Below, piece by piece: positions 1-12,598 of a stretch of DNA of 64,000 nucleotides (position 1 is the stretch's first letter; each line of letters starts with the position of its first letter). The stretch spans positions 23,436,001 to 23,500,000 of the forward strand of contig OY740798.1 in NCBI GenBank assembly GCA_963514005.1, given 5' to 3'. This DNA comes from Raja brachyura (lineage: Eukaryota). Both the position numbers and the translations under genes were made by a program. The notes below the pieces were generated by a model, which worked only from the letters and a program-made list of their open reading frames with translations, was not told where the DNA came from and searched no databases.

Positions 1-687
1 TACATATAATCTTGCTTCGTGGGGTAAAATTTAATCTGATTTTACATTGCGAAAATGCGATTTGGGCCCCATACGATTTGGCAGTGTCTTTCCTGCCGAT
101 ATGGGCTTCAAATTCACCGCAAATGCAAAGTTCCAATCCAGAAACACCCACTCACAAGGTGATTTAAATCCTCTTTTTTTTTGGACAATCAAGTCATAAG
201 AACATCTAAATTGTCTATATTTTGTGTAATTGTATAATCAATATTTTTATACTAAATATACACAACAGCTTTAGCCACATTTATTGTGCAAAAAATAATA
301 ATTTTGATTATATTGAAAGTAGATGTTTCTAGATTAATTTATGGGAATTAAACATTAAATTCCTTCCATCTAGCATATGTTCATGACAGTGAGATCAATA
401 TGAGACAATGATGTTATATTGTGAATTCTGGTTTGAATGGGATTAGTTTGTTATTTGGATACTTAGGCTATTTAAAACAATTATCCTTTTCTTAAGAAAT
501 GGAATCTACAGGACTTTCTTAATGGGAAAGTAGTGGGCAGAAAGGCATGTCATGCGTGGTTTGAAGACCAAAAACTTGTAGATTACAATGCCAAAATTGA
601 AAAGTTGAGGAAAAACAAGGTGTACAGAGTTGCTTATTGGTTACAATCTGAGGAGTATGATGATGCTATTGATTATGATATGCCAAT

Positions 688-1446
688 GTCGACCACACCA
701 TCCTAATTGACCGTCTCCGGTACGGGGTTGTAATTGATGGCACTGCCCTGAGCTGGTTCATTTCCTACCTCAAAGGTAGGAGTTTCTCTACTAACATAGG
801 CAACTCTTTCTCCTCCCCAGCTAGCCTCTGCTGTGGGGTTCCACAAGGTTCCATCCTTGGCCCCATTCTCTTCTCCCTGTATATGCTCCCCTTAGGCCAA
901 GCCATTGAAAGGCATGGCATTTCCTTCCATTGCCATGCAGACGATACACAACTCTATCTCCCCCTGAAGCCCAAAAACCAATCAAATCTGCTTAACCTTG
1001 TCCGCTGCCTCGAGGACATAAAGGGTTGGATGGCCCAGATCTTCCTCCAACTAAACGAGAGTAAGTCTGAGGTCATCCTTCTCGGCCCCTCGGACTCAAT
1101 CAAATTGATAGCAAGCAGTCTTGGAAGCCTTACCCCACTACTCAAACCTCACGTCAAAAACCTTGTCGTGATATTTGACTCAGCACTGAAATTTGACAAA
1201 CAAGTCAATGCTGTGGTAAAAGCTAGCTTCTTTCAGCTTCGGATGATAGCTAAAATAAAACAATTCCTCCAGTTTGATGACCTCGAAAAGATCATCCACA
1301 CATTTATCTCCTCCCACCTAGATTACTGCAAGTCCCTTTACACTGGCATCAGCCAATCTTCCCTGTCCTGCCTGCAACTGGTCCAAAACGCCGCAGCGAG
1401 ACACCTGACGGGCACCCGAAAAAGGGACCACATCACCCCGATCCTG
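688..1446 (+). mobile_element. L2-clade LINE reverse transcriptase fragment
   Basis: Reads VDHTILIDRL...GVPQGSILGPILFSLYMLPLG...HCHADDTQLY...LDYC...LQLVQNAAAR (ORF 883-1470), typical of L2 ORF2. Confidence 0.9.
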
Positions 1447-1808
1447 AATGGATATCCGTTACAAGGATAGTATGGTGCAACACAATTTTGGAATTAAATT
1501 GAATTATGCGTTGGGTGTTGGGTGGGAAGAGATGCGAAGCAGGTATATCATCACTTTTTGTTTTTCTTTTTGTTTTTGTCTTTTTATTTCTTTACGTTCT
1601 TCGTATTTCTTTTACTGCACTCTTCGGCTACACCAATTTGGTAGTCTAGGGTTTTATTCTTGCACATTCACTTTCTCTCTCTCTCTTGCTTTTTCTCCTT
1701 TCTTCTTCTTATCTTTAGCTAAAAATTAAAATTGAATTGTATTATGTCATATGCCGCAGTTTATACTTTGTACATTGCTTCTAATAAAAATATTTAAAAA
1801 AAAGAAAA
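1447..1808 (+). mobile_element. L1-type 3' UTR remnant with polyA
   Basis: Resembles the 3' end of the L1 at 32230-32590. Pyrimidine-rich UTR, AATAAA and an A-tail near 1783-1808. Confidence 0.55.
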
Positions 1809-2309
1809 GCAATAGGGAACAAGATGCTAATTTCCGAGTATGAAAATGGCCATAACTTTTTTAATACTGAAGATATGAAAGTGAATTACATGTCAAGTTA
1901 AACTTCTTTTTATGCTTTATCTGATGGGATAACTTGCAGACTTGATTTTTAAAACCTCAAAATTTTGTAACATTGCTATAGGTTAGACATTTTCCTCTCA
2001 GTGGAAGATGCCTTAGCATTCTCCCAGCCTGGCGCTGCCTTAGTCCCACTATGGCCGTGACCCCCACTCTGCACACTGGCAGTCAGTGGGGTTCAATAAA
2101 CGGGGGAACCCAGAAGAACTGCCCTCACCCATTAATTAGGCTGGTTCAGGAGCCGGACCTCTGCGGCAGTCTCATTCAAAAAACATGCACAATTATATTA
2201 ATTATATATTTTTTATATAATATAATTATACATAATTATATATGATTACAGTCTTATTCACAAGTCATAGTTTAAATAGGCTGCAACATGGAAATAGGCT
2301 CCCCGTGGT

Positions 2310-2341
2310 GTAATATGGGCATTGGACACTAGATGGTGCTT
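2310..2341 (+). promoter_or_regulatory. Candidate CTCF site (core plus upstream motif)
   Basis: TGGACACTAGATGGTGCTT resembles the CTCF core. It is preceded by TGTAATATG and a 5-nt spacer, like the upstream ZF9-11 motif. Confidence 0.45.
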
Positions 2342-3544
2342 AATTTTTTTAATCTCATTTTCTAATTAGTTTAATTAATTAATGTGCAACTTATGGCACT
2401 GACGAGTTATGACTTCCTTCTCAATTATATTTTATCTAAATCTGTGCAAAATTTAATGTAGTTCCGAGACATGGGTCACGAAAGTTCTAGACACATTTTT
2501 GATGCTTGGCCCACAGCCTAAAACAGAAAACAATAGTTCCAAAGATCAACCATGGGCATGTTGAATGGTGGAGGAGGATCAAGGGACCGAATACCCAGGG
2601 GCTTGCTCATATCTGATATTCCTGGACTCGCTGGATTCCACATGGAGTCCAGTGCACCACTCAGTCTTCCTGTCATTCTTATGCTAGGCAATTGCCTCTC
2701 CAGTTTAATGCCAGAGCAAACCTGGTGTAGTATTGGAGACACAAGCAGATGCTGCAAACCTGAGCAAAAAACAAACAACTAAATGCTGCAGGACCTCAAC
2801 AGGCCAGGGAGCGTCTGTGGAGAGACAATGTTTCCGTCAGGATCCTTCTTCAGACCTTTCTAATATTGGAAAACCTATTTGAAAGGAGGTTTTTAGTCTG
2901 GAGAATGGTGATTAAAATCTGTCCAAATCTGTTAATGCTGCCAAGAACCTAAGATTACACCCTGAAGTGCAATATTGAAGTGCAAAGAGTTGCTGAGGTT
3001 GATGTGGAGCTTAAGCAAACATGAACACAGATCTCACTCTTCCTGCAAGTATCTTAATTGAATTCTATCTTTGCAATCCTTTGCAGACATAATATGTTTT
3101 TTAAATTTAATTATTTTAATTGTTATATCAATCATGAAATTAAATTGCTGGAAAATATATCAACCACAACATTGCTTATTAGTAACAAGTGTACAAGGGT
3201 AAATTTACAATGATTATACATTTCGTCTTACATGTAAAGTTACAAAAACAAAATTGATGTTTGGAGACACGAGGCAGCAGATGCTGCAATTTCGAGGAAA
3301 ACACTTCAGAAACAGTGGGTCAGGTCGCACCTGGGGAGGGAATGGACAGGCGAACTTTCCTCGTTCCCTTTCCATTCGCTCTCCAAATGTCCAAATGCTG
3401 TCTGGCTCACTGAGTTCCTCCAGCACTTTGTGTTTTCTAATGTTGTTTGTTTGGAAAATAAAGTACAGTACATTAAAATTGTGCAGCAAATGATTAACAG
3501 ATTGTGAAATGTAAATAATTGAAACATTTTCTGCAGCAATCAAC

Positions 3545-3549
3545 AAAAA
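3545..3549 (-). terminator. Pol III oligo-T terminator of the tRNA
   Basis: TTTTT on the minus strand, 7 nt downstream of the tRNA 3' end. Confidence 0.8.
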
Positions 3550-3556
3550 GGTTTAC

Positions 3557-3629
3557 TGGAGAATGCGGGCATCGATCCCGCTACCTCTCGCATGCTAAGC
3601 GAGCGCTCTACCATTTGAGCTAATTCCCC
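3557..3629 (-). tRNA. tRNA-Ala (anticodon AGC)
   Basis: Reverse complement GGGGAATTAGCTCAAATGGTAGAGCGCTCGCTTAGCATGCGAGAGGTAGCGGGATCGATGCCCGCATTCTCCA: 73 nt, intact cloverleaf, matches the vertebrate tRNA-Ala-AGC type. Confidence 0.97.
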
Positions 3630-4084
3630 ACATTGAACTGTTCCTCAATTTACATTTCTCAAATTCAATTTCTCCAGTGTGTATATGTTCTTTATTCTCA
3701 TAATATTTTAATCTGTTGTTAAATTGTTTATTTTCCAGCGTTAGTTCGATGGTTCTGAAGATTGAATTTATAAATTAAGTTTCAGCTCCCAACTTTCTTT
3801 AACATATCAAACCCCAGATGTATTTAATAGAATGCATTCGATCCCAGCAGTGACTGGGCTCCCGTCGACCAAAACACAGTGTAACGTTGGGATGACTTTT
3901 TTCATACATTAAAAAGATTTTCGTGGAATATAAACTGTATATTCCAGCCGTTTGGCGGATGCAGGAAGACAATGGGACGCAAAACAAAACCCTGGGAGGG
4001 ACTAAAATGTTAAATCAAGATGAACGGTGTATAACTGCAGTTTGCCACCCATCATACATGCACATCCCGTCCAAATGCAGTCAA

Positions 4085-4560
4085 GCACCAGAGCAGATGC
4101 AGCCTGCGATTGGCGAGCGGTTGTCGGAAGGTAGAGCGCGCCCGCGCCACGCGCACTGAGTGAACGGGGAACGCGCGCGCCTGCGAGCGATCTTTGGAGC
4201 GAACTGCGATGTCGCGCGAACGCAAGCGAGCGCGCCGGGAAACGGGCAGAGACAGCGCAGCATCTTCGTGTCAGGAAGAATGAAGAGAGAGCCGCAGCAG
4301 CGAATTGTCAGCAACGAACGATTCAGCCCCGACACAAGGTAAGGGCGCTGGCCCGGCTCCTCTCTCTGCCTCTGTTGATTGAACTGAGAGTATTCTCTCT
4401 CACTGTCCCGCTGTGTGCACAGAAGACAAGCGGTGGTAACGTTGGGGAGACCGGTAGCTGAGTATGTCAGCGTGGCCTGCTCGCAGTCACTTGGTCTGCT
4501 GGCTGTTTTTGTTCTGACAGACGTCAAGCTGCTGTCGCAATGAGAAAACGAAGCTTGACC
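4085..4560 (+). promoter_or_regulatory. CpG island / promoter of the USP6NL-like gene
   Basis: Dense CpG and GCGC runs in an AT-rich background, no recognisable TE, inverted CCAAT (ATTGG 4109-4113), strong splice donor at 4339. Confidence 0.75.
4160..4338 (+). other. Probable first (5' UTR) exon; start approximate
   Basis: AAG|GTAAGG consensus donor at 4338/4339 inside the CpG island. The link to the exon at 55322 is inferred. Confidence 0.55.
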
Positions 4561-6449
4561 ATGTGGATTGACCTTGCAGTGCCCGTTAAAATCTGGGATC
4601 GTTGAACGTTGGAGTTAATTGGGGGAGGGGTTGTCGCTAATAATTTTTATCGGTTTTGCTTCTCGGGCGAAGAGGTTGGACCGCCCAATTGTGATAGCTG
4701 GAAACTGTTGGTGGTACACATTTCAAAGCCCTTTTGCTCAAAAGAGGTACTCACAGCACGGATGATTTGAAGCTGCCTATAGTGCAGCACAGCAATGTAT
4801 CCGGCGCGGTTTAAAACTAAGGTAATATAATTTGAGGATGCAGATCTCTGGAGAATTGCTGTTTTCTTCTTGAATTCGAAGTCGAATATTGTGTCGCATA
4901 GAAACCCCATTTTATTTCACGTCAATTTATTGATAATGTATGGTCGATCTCTAAAGCTCCCAGCTTGTCACTTGAGGATATTATCAAACATGTATACATT
5001 GTTGGGAAAATAATTAAATATATTTTCTTCTAGAGCAGAATATTTTAATTTGATAGTACTTCGCGTGTGTATCGTGGCATTTGCTTACGAGAGTGAGCCT
5101 TTTAGTAATATAGTAGCAGCATTACAACAAAGGAGTGCATACTTACTAAAATTATTGCAGCGGGTTTTTGAGTCGGGGAATTGTCATTTAACGGTCAGAA
5201 TTATAATATACCATGATTTTTTTAAAAATGTAGTGCATGATTACACTTGGTTATATATTTGGGCATATGTAATTATGACCATTTGCATGGAAAACATTTA
5301 AAAAGGAACATTGATTTGAAAAATATACTAGAAATGGAAGTAAGAAACACAACCGTGTATATAAAAGAAGGTAGACACCAATGCTGGAGAAACTCGGCGG
5401 GTGAGACAGCATCTACGGAGCGAAGGAAATAGGTCCAATATATAACATATTGGACCAGCAATTGCCTATCTGGTCTCTGTCTTTATTTGCAATATTAGCA
5501 AGCCTCCTCTGAATGCTTTTTCCTAATTTCCTCTTACAGTTTTTCCTCCTTCCCCAAGCATGAAAGGCTTCAATCTTTCTGTGCAGAAACTACATATGTA
5601 TTTGCCACAACATGATCTGTTAATGTTATTGCGATTATTCTTTATCCATTATTCTTTAAAAACATTCATAATTTTAAATATCTTAGTCCACCCTGATATT
5701 TGTATCATTTTAATTATTAGAGGCTTAGAGAAAATAGGAAGTCCCTATTTCCTTCACCTTTAGACAGGTACATGGACAGGAGATATTTGGAGGGATATGG
5801 GCCTAGTTGGGACTAGTGTAGCTGGGGCATGTTGCCGGTGTGGGTAAGTTGGACCTTAGGGCCTGTTTCCACACTGTATCACTCTATCACTATCTATGAC
5901 TATGACCTCAGTTAAAAATTGCATATATGGGTACTTAAGAGCCCTAGTCTGTTTTTGAAGGGTATGGACTTTGGGCACATGGGCTCAGGTTAGGCAGCTC
6001 ATTATCAATTGGTACAGTCACAATGGTCCTCCTTTGTAACATATTTTATTTGATTTTATTTTGGTCACATCGAAATAAAACATGCTGTCTCATTGAGTGT
6101 TATTTCAGAACATTATAGTGTCCATCCAATCAATCGGTGCATATTGATAGGGAATAAAACTTAAGTTGTAACACTGTCCACTTTGAACATTTACTTTTAT
6201 TCAGGTCCATATTTTAACTGATTTTACTTTGGCAATAAGCATATATTTTGCATATATTGTTTGCATATATTTTTTGATATCTAATTAACCTTCAGGGTAA
6301 GATTGTACCCCCTGAACAATCAAAATGGTCAACTATGTTTGGAGCCAGTGGATGTGCATTCACCACCATCCCCGGCAGTGCGTCCAGGCACTCACCACAC
6401 TCTGTGTAAAAAAAAAAAAAAAAAAAACTTGTCCTTCACATCCCCTTTA

Positions 6450-6780
6450 CATAGAAACATAGAAATTAGGTGCAGGAGTAGGCCATTTGGCCCTTCGAGC
6501 CTGCACCGTCATTCAATATGATCATGGCTGATCATCCAACTCAGTATCCCGTACCTGCCTTCTCTCCAAACTCTCTGATCCCCTTAGCCACAAGAGCCAC
6601 ATCTAACTCCCTCTTAAATATAGCCAATGAACTGGCCTCAACTACCCTCTGTGGCAGAGAGTTCCAGAGACCCATCACTCTCTGTGTGAAAAAAGTCCTT
6701 CTCATCTCGGTCCTAAAAGATTTCCCCCTTATCCTTAAGCTGTGACTCCTTGTCCTGGACCTCCCCAACATCGGGAACAA
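6450..6780 (-). mobile_element. CR1 LINE 3' end
   Basis: MFPMLGRSRTRSHSLRIRGKSFRTEMRRTFFTQRVMGLWNSLP... plus the 3' UTR and short tandem tail. Confidence 0.9.
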
Positions 6781-7229
6781 TAAACTTTAAACTTTATACT
6801 TTAACTTTAAAGTTTGTACTTCTCATCTTAAACCTATGGATCTTATATTTGATATTTCCATCCTGGGGAAATATTCTAGCTGTCTATGTCTCTCATAATT
6901 TTATATGCTTCTATCAGGTCTCGCCTCAACCTCCTGCGTATGAGGCGCATTTAGTAATTTTCCAGATGACACCAAAAATTGGTTGTGTTATTAAGAGTGA
7001 GGAAGGTTGTCTAAACTTCAGTAAGATATAGAACAGTTGGAAACTACAGTGGAGCATTTTTGCAGATGGAATTTAATTCCAACAAGTGAAGTCAAATAGA
7101 GATAGGTCATGTACATCAAATGATAATAAGGTATGCTGAAGAAGAAAGGAACCTGAGGGTTTTAGTCCACTGTTCCCTTAAAGTGGAAACATGAGGGTCA
7201 TACGCTGGTGAAGAAAGCATATGGCATAC

Positions 7230-7915
7230 TTCCTTGAGAAAGTAACTCCAGTGGGTCAGACAGCACCGGTGGAGGGAATAGATAGGTGCCATTTCGGGTC
7301 CTGATCCTTCTTCAGACTGATTGTAGTTGGGAGGAGAAAACCAGAAAAGAAAGTTGGACACAGCATGGAAAATGATAGGTGGATACAGGTGAGGGGTGTG
7401 GCAAAAGAGTGGAGTAAGTGACAAGGGCTAAAGATGAAGAGATTAAAGGATGTCAGATAAAGGAGAGAAGAGGAATGAAATGCAAAGCCAAAGGGAGGGG
7501 ATAAAGGTAGAAGGAGAGAGGAAGAGGGGCAGGATAGTGTGAAAATGGGTGCACAGGAAAAAGAGAAGGGATTGGGGACTTTTACTGAAAATTGGAGAAT
7601 TCAGTGTTTATACCATTGGGTTGTAAGCTACCTAGGTGGAATAGGAGGTACTAATCCAGTTTGCGTGTAGCCTCAGTCTGGCATTGGAGGAGGCCCAGGA
7701 TGGAAGGATCGGAATGGGAGTTAAAATGGTTTGCAACCGGGAGACCCAGCAGACCTTGGCAGTCAGAGCGTGTTTGGCGATACAGTTGCCTAGTCTACAC
7801 ATCCTAGACATCTTTCTCCAATATTTCCATCACCTTCAATATAATCTCATCATCCGTCACATCTTGCCATCCCCACCTGTTTCTTCTTTCTGCAGAGACC
7901 ACTCCCTCCACCAAT
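7230..7915. mobile_element. Penelope-like element remnants (inverted pieces)
   Basis: Terminal-repeat motif with CTGAAGA...GAAA on the minus strand at ~7290-7316, plus degenerate GIY-YIG region sequence. Confidence 0.6.
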
Positions 7916-8122
7916 GTATTCAATGGCTTTAATTTAGTGCAGCCCAATGTGAAATGATTTTGATAAATTGTGATGATAATGCAAACAGTTTTTCCAGGAA
8001 TTGAAGCCATCTTTCTCTAAACATAACGTTATCAGTAGTAAATGTTGTTTTCTTAGAATCTCCCTCAAACTAGAACAGTTCTTAACGTGTAATTGATGCA
8101 GTGATGAGACAGTAGTGATATA

Positions 8123-9728
8123 CAGTGCCCTCTGTAATGTTTGGAACAAAGACCCATCATTTATTTATTTGCATCTGTACTCCACAATTTGAGATTTGTA
8201 ATAGAAAAAAATCACATGTGGTTAAAGTGTACATTGCCAGATTTTAATAAAGGCCATTTTTATACATTTTGGTTTCGCCATGTAGAAATTACAGCAGTGT
8301 TTATACATAGGTCCCCCCCCATTTCAGGGCACCATAATGTTTGGGACACAGCAATGTCATGTAAATGAAAATAGTCATGTTTAGTATTTTGTTGCATATC
8401 CTTTGCATGCAATGACTGCTTGAAGTGTGCGATTCATGGACATCACCAGTTGCTGGGTGTCTTCTCTTGGTGATGCTCTGACAGGCCTGTATTGCAGCCA
8501 TCTTTAGCTTATGCTTATTTTGGGGGATAGTCCCCTTCAGTTTTGTCTTCAGGATATAAAAGGCATGCACAATTGGGTTCAGATCGGGTGATTGACTTGG
8601 CCACTCAAGAATTTACCATTTTTTAGCTTTGGAAAACTCCTTTGTTGTTTTATCAGTATGTTTGGGATCGTTGTCTTGCTGTAGAATGAACTGCCAGCCA
8701 ATGAGTTTTGAGGCATTTGTTTGAACTTGAGCAGATAGGATGTGTCTATACACTTCAGAATTCATTATGCTACTAGCATACAAACCCAGGCTATAACACC
8801 CCCACCACCCTGTTTCACAGATGAGGTGGTATGCTTTGGATCTTGGGCAGTTCCTTCTCTCCTCCATACTTTGCTCTTGCCATCACTCTAGGTTAATCTT
8901 CGTCTCATCTGTCCACAAGACCTTTTTTCCAGAACTGTGGTTGCTCTTTTAAGTAGTTCTTGGCAAACTGCAACCTGGCCATCCTATTTTTGCAGCTAAC
9001 CAGTGGTTTGCATCTTGCAGTGTAGCCTCTGTATTTCTGTTCATGAAGTCTTCTGCGGACATATTCATTGACAAATCCACACCTGACTCCTGAAGAGTGT
9101 TTCTGATCTGTTGGACAGATGTTTGGGGATTTTTCTTTATTATAGAGAGAATTATTTTGTCATCAGCTGTGGATGTCTTCCTTGGCCTGCCAGTCCCTTT
9201 GTGATTAGTAAGCTCACCAGTGCTCTTTCTTCTTAATGATGTTCCAAACAGTTGAGTTTGGTAAGCCTAAGGTTTGGTTGATGTCTCTAATAGTTTTATT
9301 CTTGTTTCTCAATCTCATAATGGCTGGTTTGACTTTCATTGGCATAACTTTTGTCCTCATGTTGATAAACAGCAATAAAAGTTTCCAAAGGTGATGGAAA
9401 GACTTGGTGTTGAGCTCTCTCATACCTGCAATAAGGAGGCAATTAAACACACCTGAGCAATTACAAACCCCCGTGAAGCCATGTGTCCCAAACATTATGC
9501 TGCCTTAAAAGGGGGGGGGGGGGGGGGACGGGACGGGACTAAGTATAAACACAGCTGCAATTTCTACATGGTGAAACGAAAATGTATAAAAATTGCCTTT
9601 AATAAAATCTGACAATGTGCACTTTAACCACATGTGATTTTTTTTTCTATTACAAATCTCAAATTGTGGAGTACTGAGGGAAATAAATAAATGATGGGTC
9701 TTTGTCCCAAATATTATGGAGGGCACTA
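8123..9728 (-). mobile_element. Tc1/mariner transposon, IR/DR type, defective
   Basis: TA TSDs, long (~220-240 bp) TIRs starting CAGTGCCC with an inner direct repeat (ATAATGTTTGGGACAC). Broken transposase ~9360 to 8381 with HTH (TIRDINQTLGLPNSTVWNIIKK) and QQDNDPKHT motifs. Confidence 0.93.
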
Positions 9729-10659
9729 TACCAACAATGCCACAGAACCTTCTCTTTTATGCAGTACATGGTGCAAACATTGGTTCCCTTCTAAACATTG
9801 GACGACTTTTTTCTGTTTTACTGACTGGAGTATTGTTTTACAAATGCATAAACAAAAGTAGACACCAAGTAAGAACAAGTTTATTCATTTAACTGAACAC
9901 AAAATATATTGTTCAAATTCACACATTGTACTGCTGGCCAAAAGAGTGTACACAATCAAATTACTTTGTTTTATCTTTTTTTTCCATTGCCAGTGTCATA
10001 ATACACTCTCATCTGAGGTGAAGAATTGGTTTCATGTCTAGAATGAATTTGATAGATCAGCGAGTCACAAAACATGGATCAAGTTTCTTCATGGTTTGAT
10101 ATCAGGATACAGCTGTGTGAAATTTAATTTATTTGGTTTAAAGCAGTTGTCATTTTAAAGAAACATTATAGGGAGTAACTTTATGTCAGCTCTGTATCTA
10201 AAATTTCTCCCAAGCTTCCACTGAACCCTCAAATGTTTGTTATTTTGTTTTGAAATGGCCTCATGTTCCATCACTTGCCTTGTTCTAATGCTTCACCTTC
10301 AACCATTTTGCCTAGTTTCACCCTTCTATGCATTCATTAGCTCTCATTCTCTATGGTCCACCCACACACCATGTAAGGTTTCTCATCAAGATGAGAAACA
10401 TCAGGAGGATCCCAACCAGAAAATTAATCTCTCCATTTCCCTCCACTGACCAGCTGAATTCCTCCAGCAGTTTGTTTTTGCTCAAGAATCCAGCATCTGC
10501 AATCTCTTGTGTTTCCTCTCTCAATCTAAGTGATTTCTTCCTCTGTCTTGACTTATCAAATCCATTTTTTGTGTTTACTGTCTTACGCCAGGTCCATTTC
10601 CTCTGCATTTGCAAACGTGATTTTTTTCCTCTTTATTATTTAAAATGGTACCTTCAAAT

Positions 10660-10950
10660 ACTGTAACACCTCGTTTTAACCGGGCTCTACACCAGCCCCG
10701 ACTCTCACTGCCGCCCCTGGCCATTTACAGCCCGGTTTGCCCACCCCACCCCGGCTTATTGCGACCCCAGCCATTTACAGCCCTGGCTGCCCATGCCACA
10801 CCTGGCTCGCACAGCCTCTTCAGCTCTTTACAGCCCCTGCTGCCCATGCCATCCCTGGCACACATAGTCTCCCTGGCCCCTTACAATCCTGGGTGCCAAT
10901 GCCGGCCACTTCCAGGCCAGACCTGCTGCTGCCACCGCTGGCCACACAGC
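10660..10950. repeat. GC-rich degenerate tandem repeat behind a Tigger/pogo-like terminus
   Basis: TACTGTAACACCTCGTTTTAAC start, then repeated GCCATTTACAGCCC-like units. Confidence 0.35.
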
Positions 10951-11019
10951 TTACTTGGCTGTTTTATGAAAGATAAATTGTGCTTGACAAAGATATTAGC
11001 AATTAGAATGATGAGAAAG

Positions 11020-11595
11020 TAGAACCTATAAGACCATAGAAACAGGCTAGTCGGCCCATCGAGTCTACTCCGCCATTTGATCATGGCTCACCTATTTAAA
11101 CCTCTAGATGTAGTGTATTTAGTTTCCAAAAGGCATTTAAGAAGGTGGCATTAAATAGGATTATTACACAAGGTAAAGGTTCATAGATTTCAGAGTAATA
11201 TATTGATTAGGATTTACTGTGGAGTACTGTGTGCAATTTTGATCTCCTAATTTGAGGAAGGACATTGCTATTAAGGGAGTGCAGCGTAGGTTCACCAGGT
11301 TAATTTCCAGGATGGCAGGACTGACGAATGATGAAAGAATGGGTCGACTGGGGTTGTATTCGCTGGAATTTAGAAGGATGAGCGGGGATCTTATAGAAAC
11401 ATTTGAAATTCTTAGAGGATTGGACAGGGTAGATGCAGGAAAATTGGTCCCAATGTTGGGGGAGTCCAGAATCAGGGATCACAGTTTAAGAATGAAGGGT
11501 AGGCCGTTTAGGACTGAGATGAGGAAAAGCTTTTTCAACCAGAGAGTTGTGAATCTGTGGAATTATTTGCCACAGAAGGCAGTGGAAGTGCTGAA
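11020..11595. mobile_element. CR1 fragments (minus-strand 3' tail, then plus-strand ORF2 C-terminus)
   Basis: ORF 11252: GVQRRFTRLI...LYSLEFRRMSGDLIETF...QRVVNLWN. Confidence 0.85.
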
Positions 11596-11770
11596 TGAAA
11601 TAGTAGGTTTGAGCAGCAGTGAAGTCTATTCCTCCTCTATTTCTTTTCTTTTTCAGACCTGCCTCTATGATCAAGCATTTTGGATTCGGTGTGAATTTTC
11701 TTTGGTCTAATGAATGTTTTGAAATTCTGCACTAATTCAGTGAATATTCATGATAATTCCTGTTGGGATA

Positions 11771-12598
11771 TAAGTGGCGCAGGTGGCGCGACTGACGTTG
11801 CAGTGGCCTCTGCAGTCCGTCTCACTTTTTTAAATTTTTTGTCCCGTTGAGTGTATAGTTTGAAGTGTTTTTTAATTGTTTTTAACTGTGTATGTGTGGG
11901 GCGGGGGGGGTGGGAGAAACTTTTAAATCTCTTCCCTGCACCGTAGACCCTATTTTTCCATGTCGGGTCTCCGTTGTCGTTGGGGCCTAGCACCGTGGAG
12001 TGGCCCCCAACTGGAACGACCTGGGGGCTCCAGTCGCGGAGCCTGCGTACTCACCATTGTGGGGCTGGCCGGCTTTGGAGCGTGTAGAGCTGTGGTGGCG
12101 CGCTTCTGCGGCCCGACTCCGGAGCTTCAGAGGCTCCAGCCGCAGGTCCGGTGAATGGTGACATTGGGAGCTCGCGGGTCCCTGGTGGGAGTCCATTCCC
12201 GCAACGGCAACTTCTCCCTCCCGAGTTGTGGGGTTGAAGGTGACCCAGAGCTGGGCCTTACATCGCCCGGCACGGCTTTAACGACCGCGGGACTTGCCAG
12301 CACCCACCGGGGGCTCCAACATCAAGATCCGGGCAGGGCCTTGCATCGCCTGGCGCGGCTTTAATGGCCGCGGGACTTGCCATCGCCCGCCGGGGGCTTT
12401 GACATCGCGAGAAGAATGGAGAGCAGGGGAGAGACCAGACTTTGCCTTCCATCACAGTGAGGAGGAGATTCACTGTGGTGGATGTTTGTGTAAATTGTGT
12501 TGGTGTGTGTCTTGGTTCTTTTCTTGTATGACTGCAGAAACCAAATTTTGTTTGAACTTCATTTGAGGTTCAAATGACAATAAACGGTATTGTATTGT
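11771..12598 (+). mobile_element. Unclassified GC-rich non-autonomous retroelement
   Basis: CpG-rich body with no credible ORF. 3' stem-loop TTTGAACTTC-ATTT-GAGGTTCAAA, then TGACAATAAA and (GTATT)n, like the Rex1/L2 tails elsewhere in the window. Confidence 0.55.

Larger units (their letters stand above)
1..1978. mobile_element. Diverged, composite copy of the 7-bp-TSD DNA transposon family (left end outside the window)
   Basis: 1-~503 and ~1810-1978 align by eye with 51920-52205 and 52430-52599. It ends in the same terminus ...AAATTTTGTAACATTGCTA at 1978. The interior is replaced by a coding fragment plus L2 and L1 pieces. Confidence 0.75.

Noticed and set aside
4081-4527. Minus-strand 148-aa ORF over the CpG island
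   Set aside because: Expected by chance in GC-rich DNA; non-ATG start and no motif.
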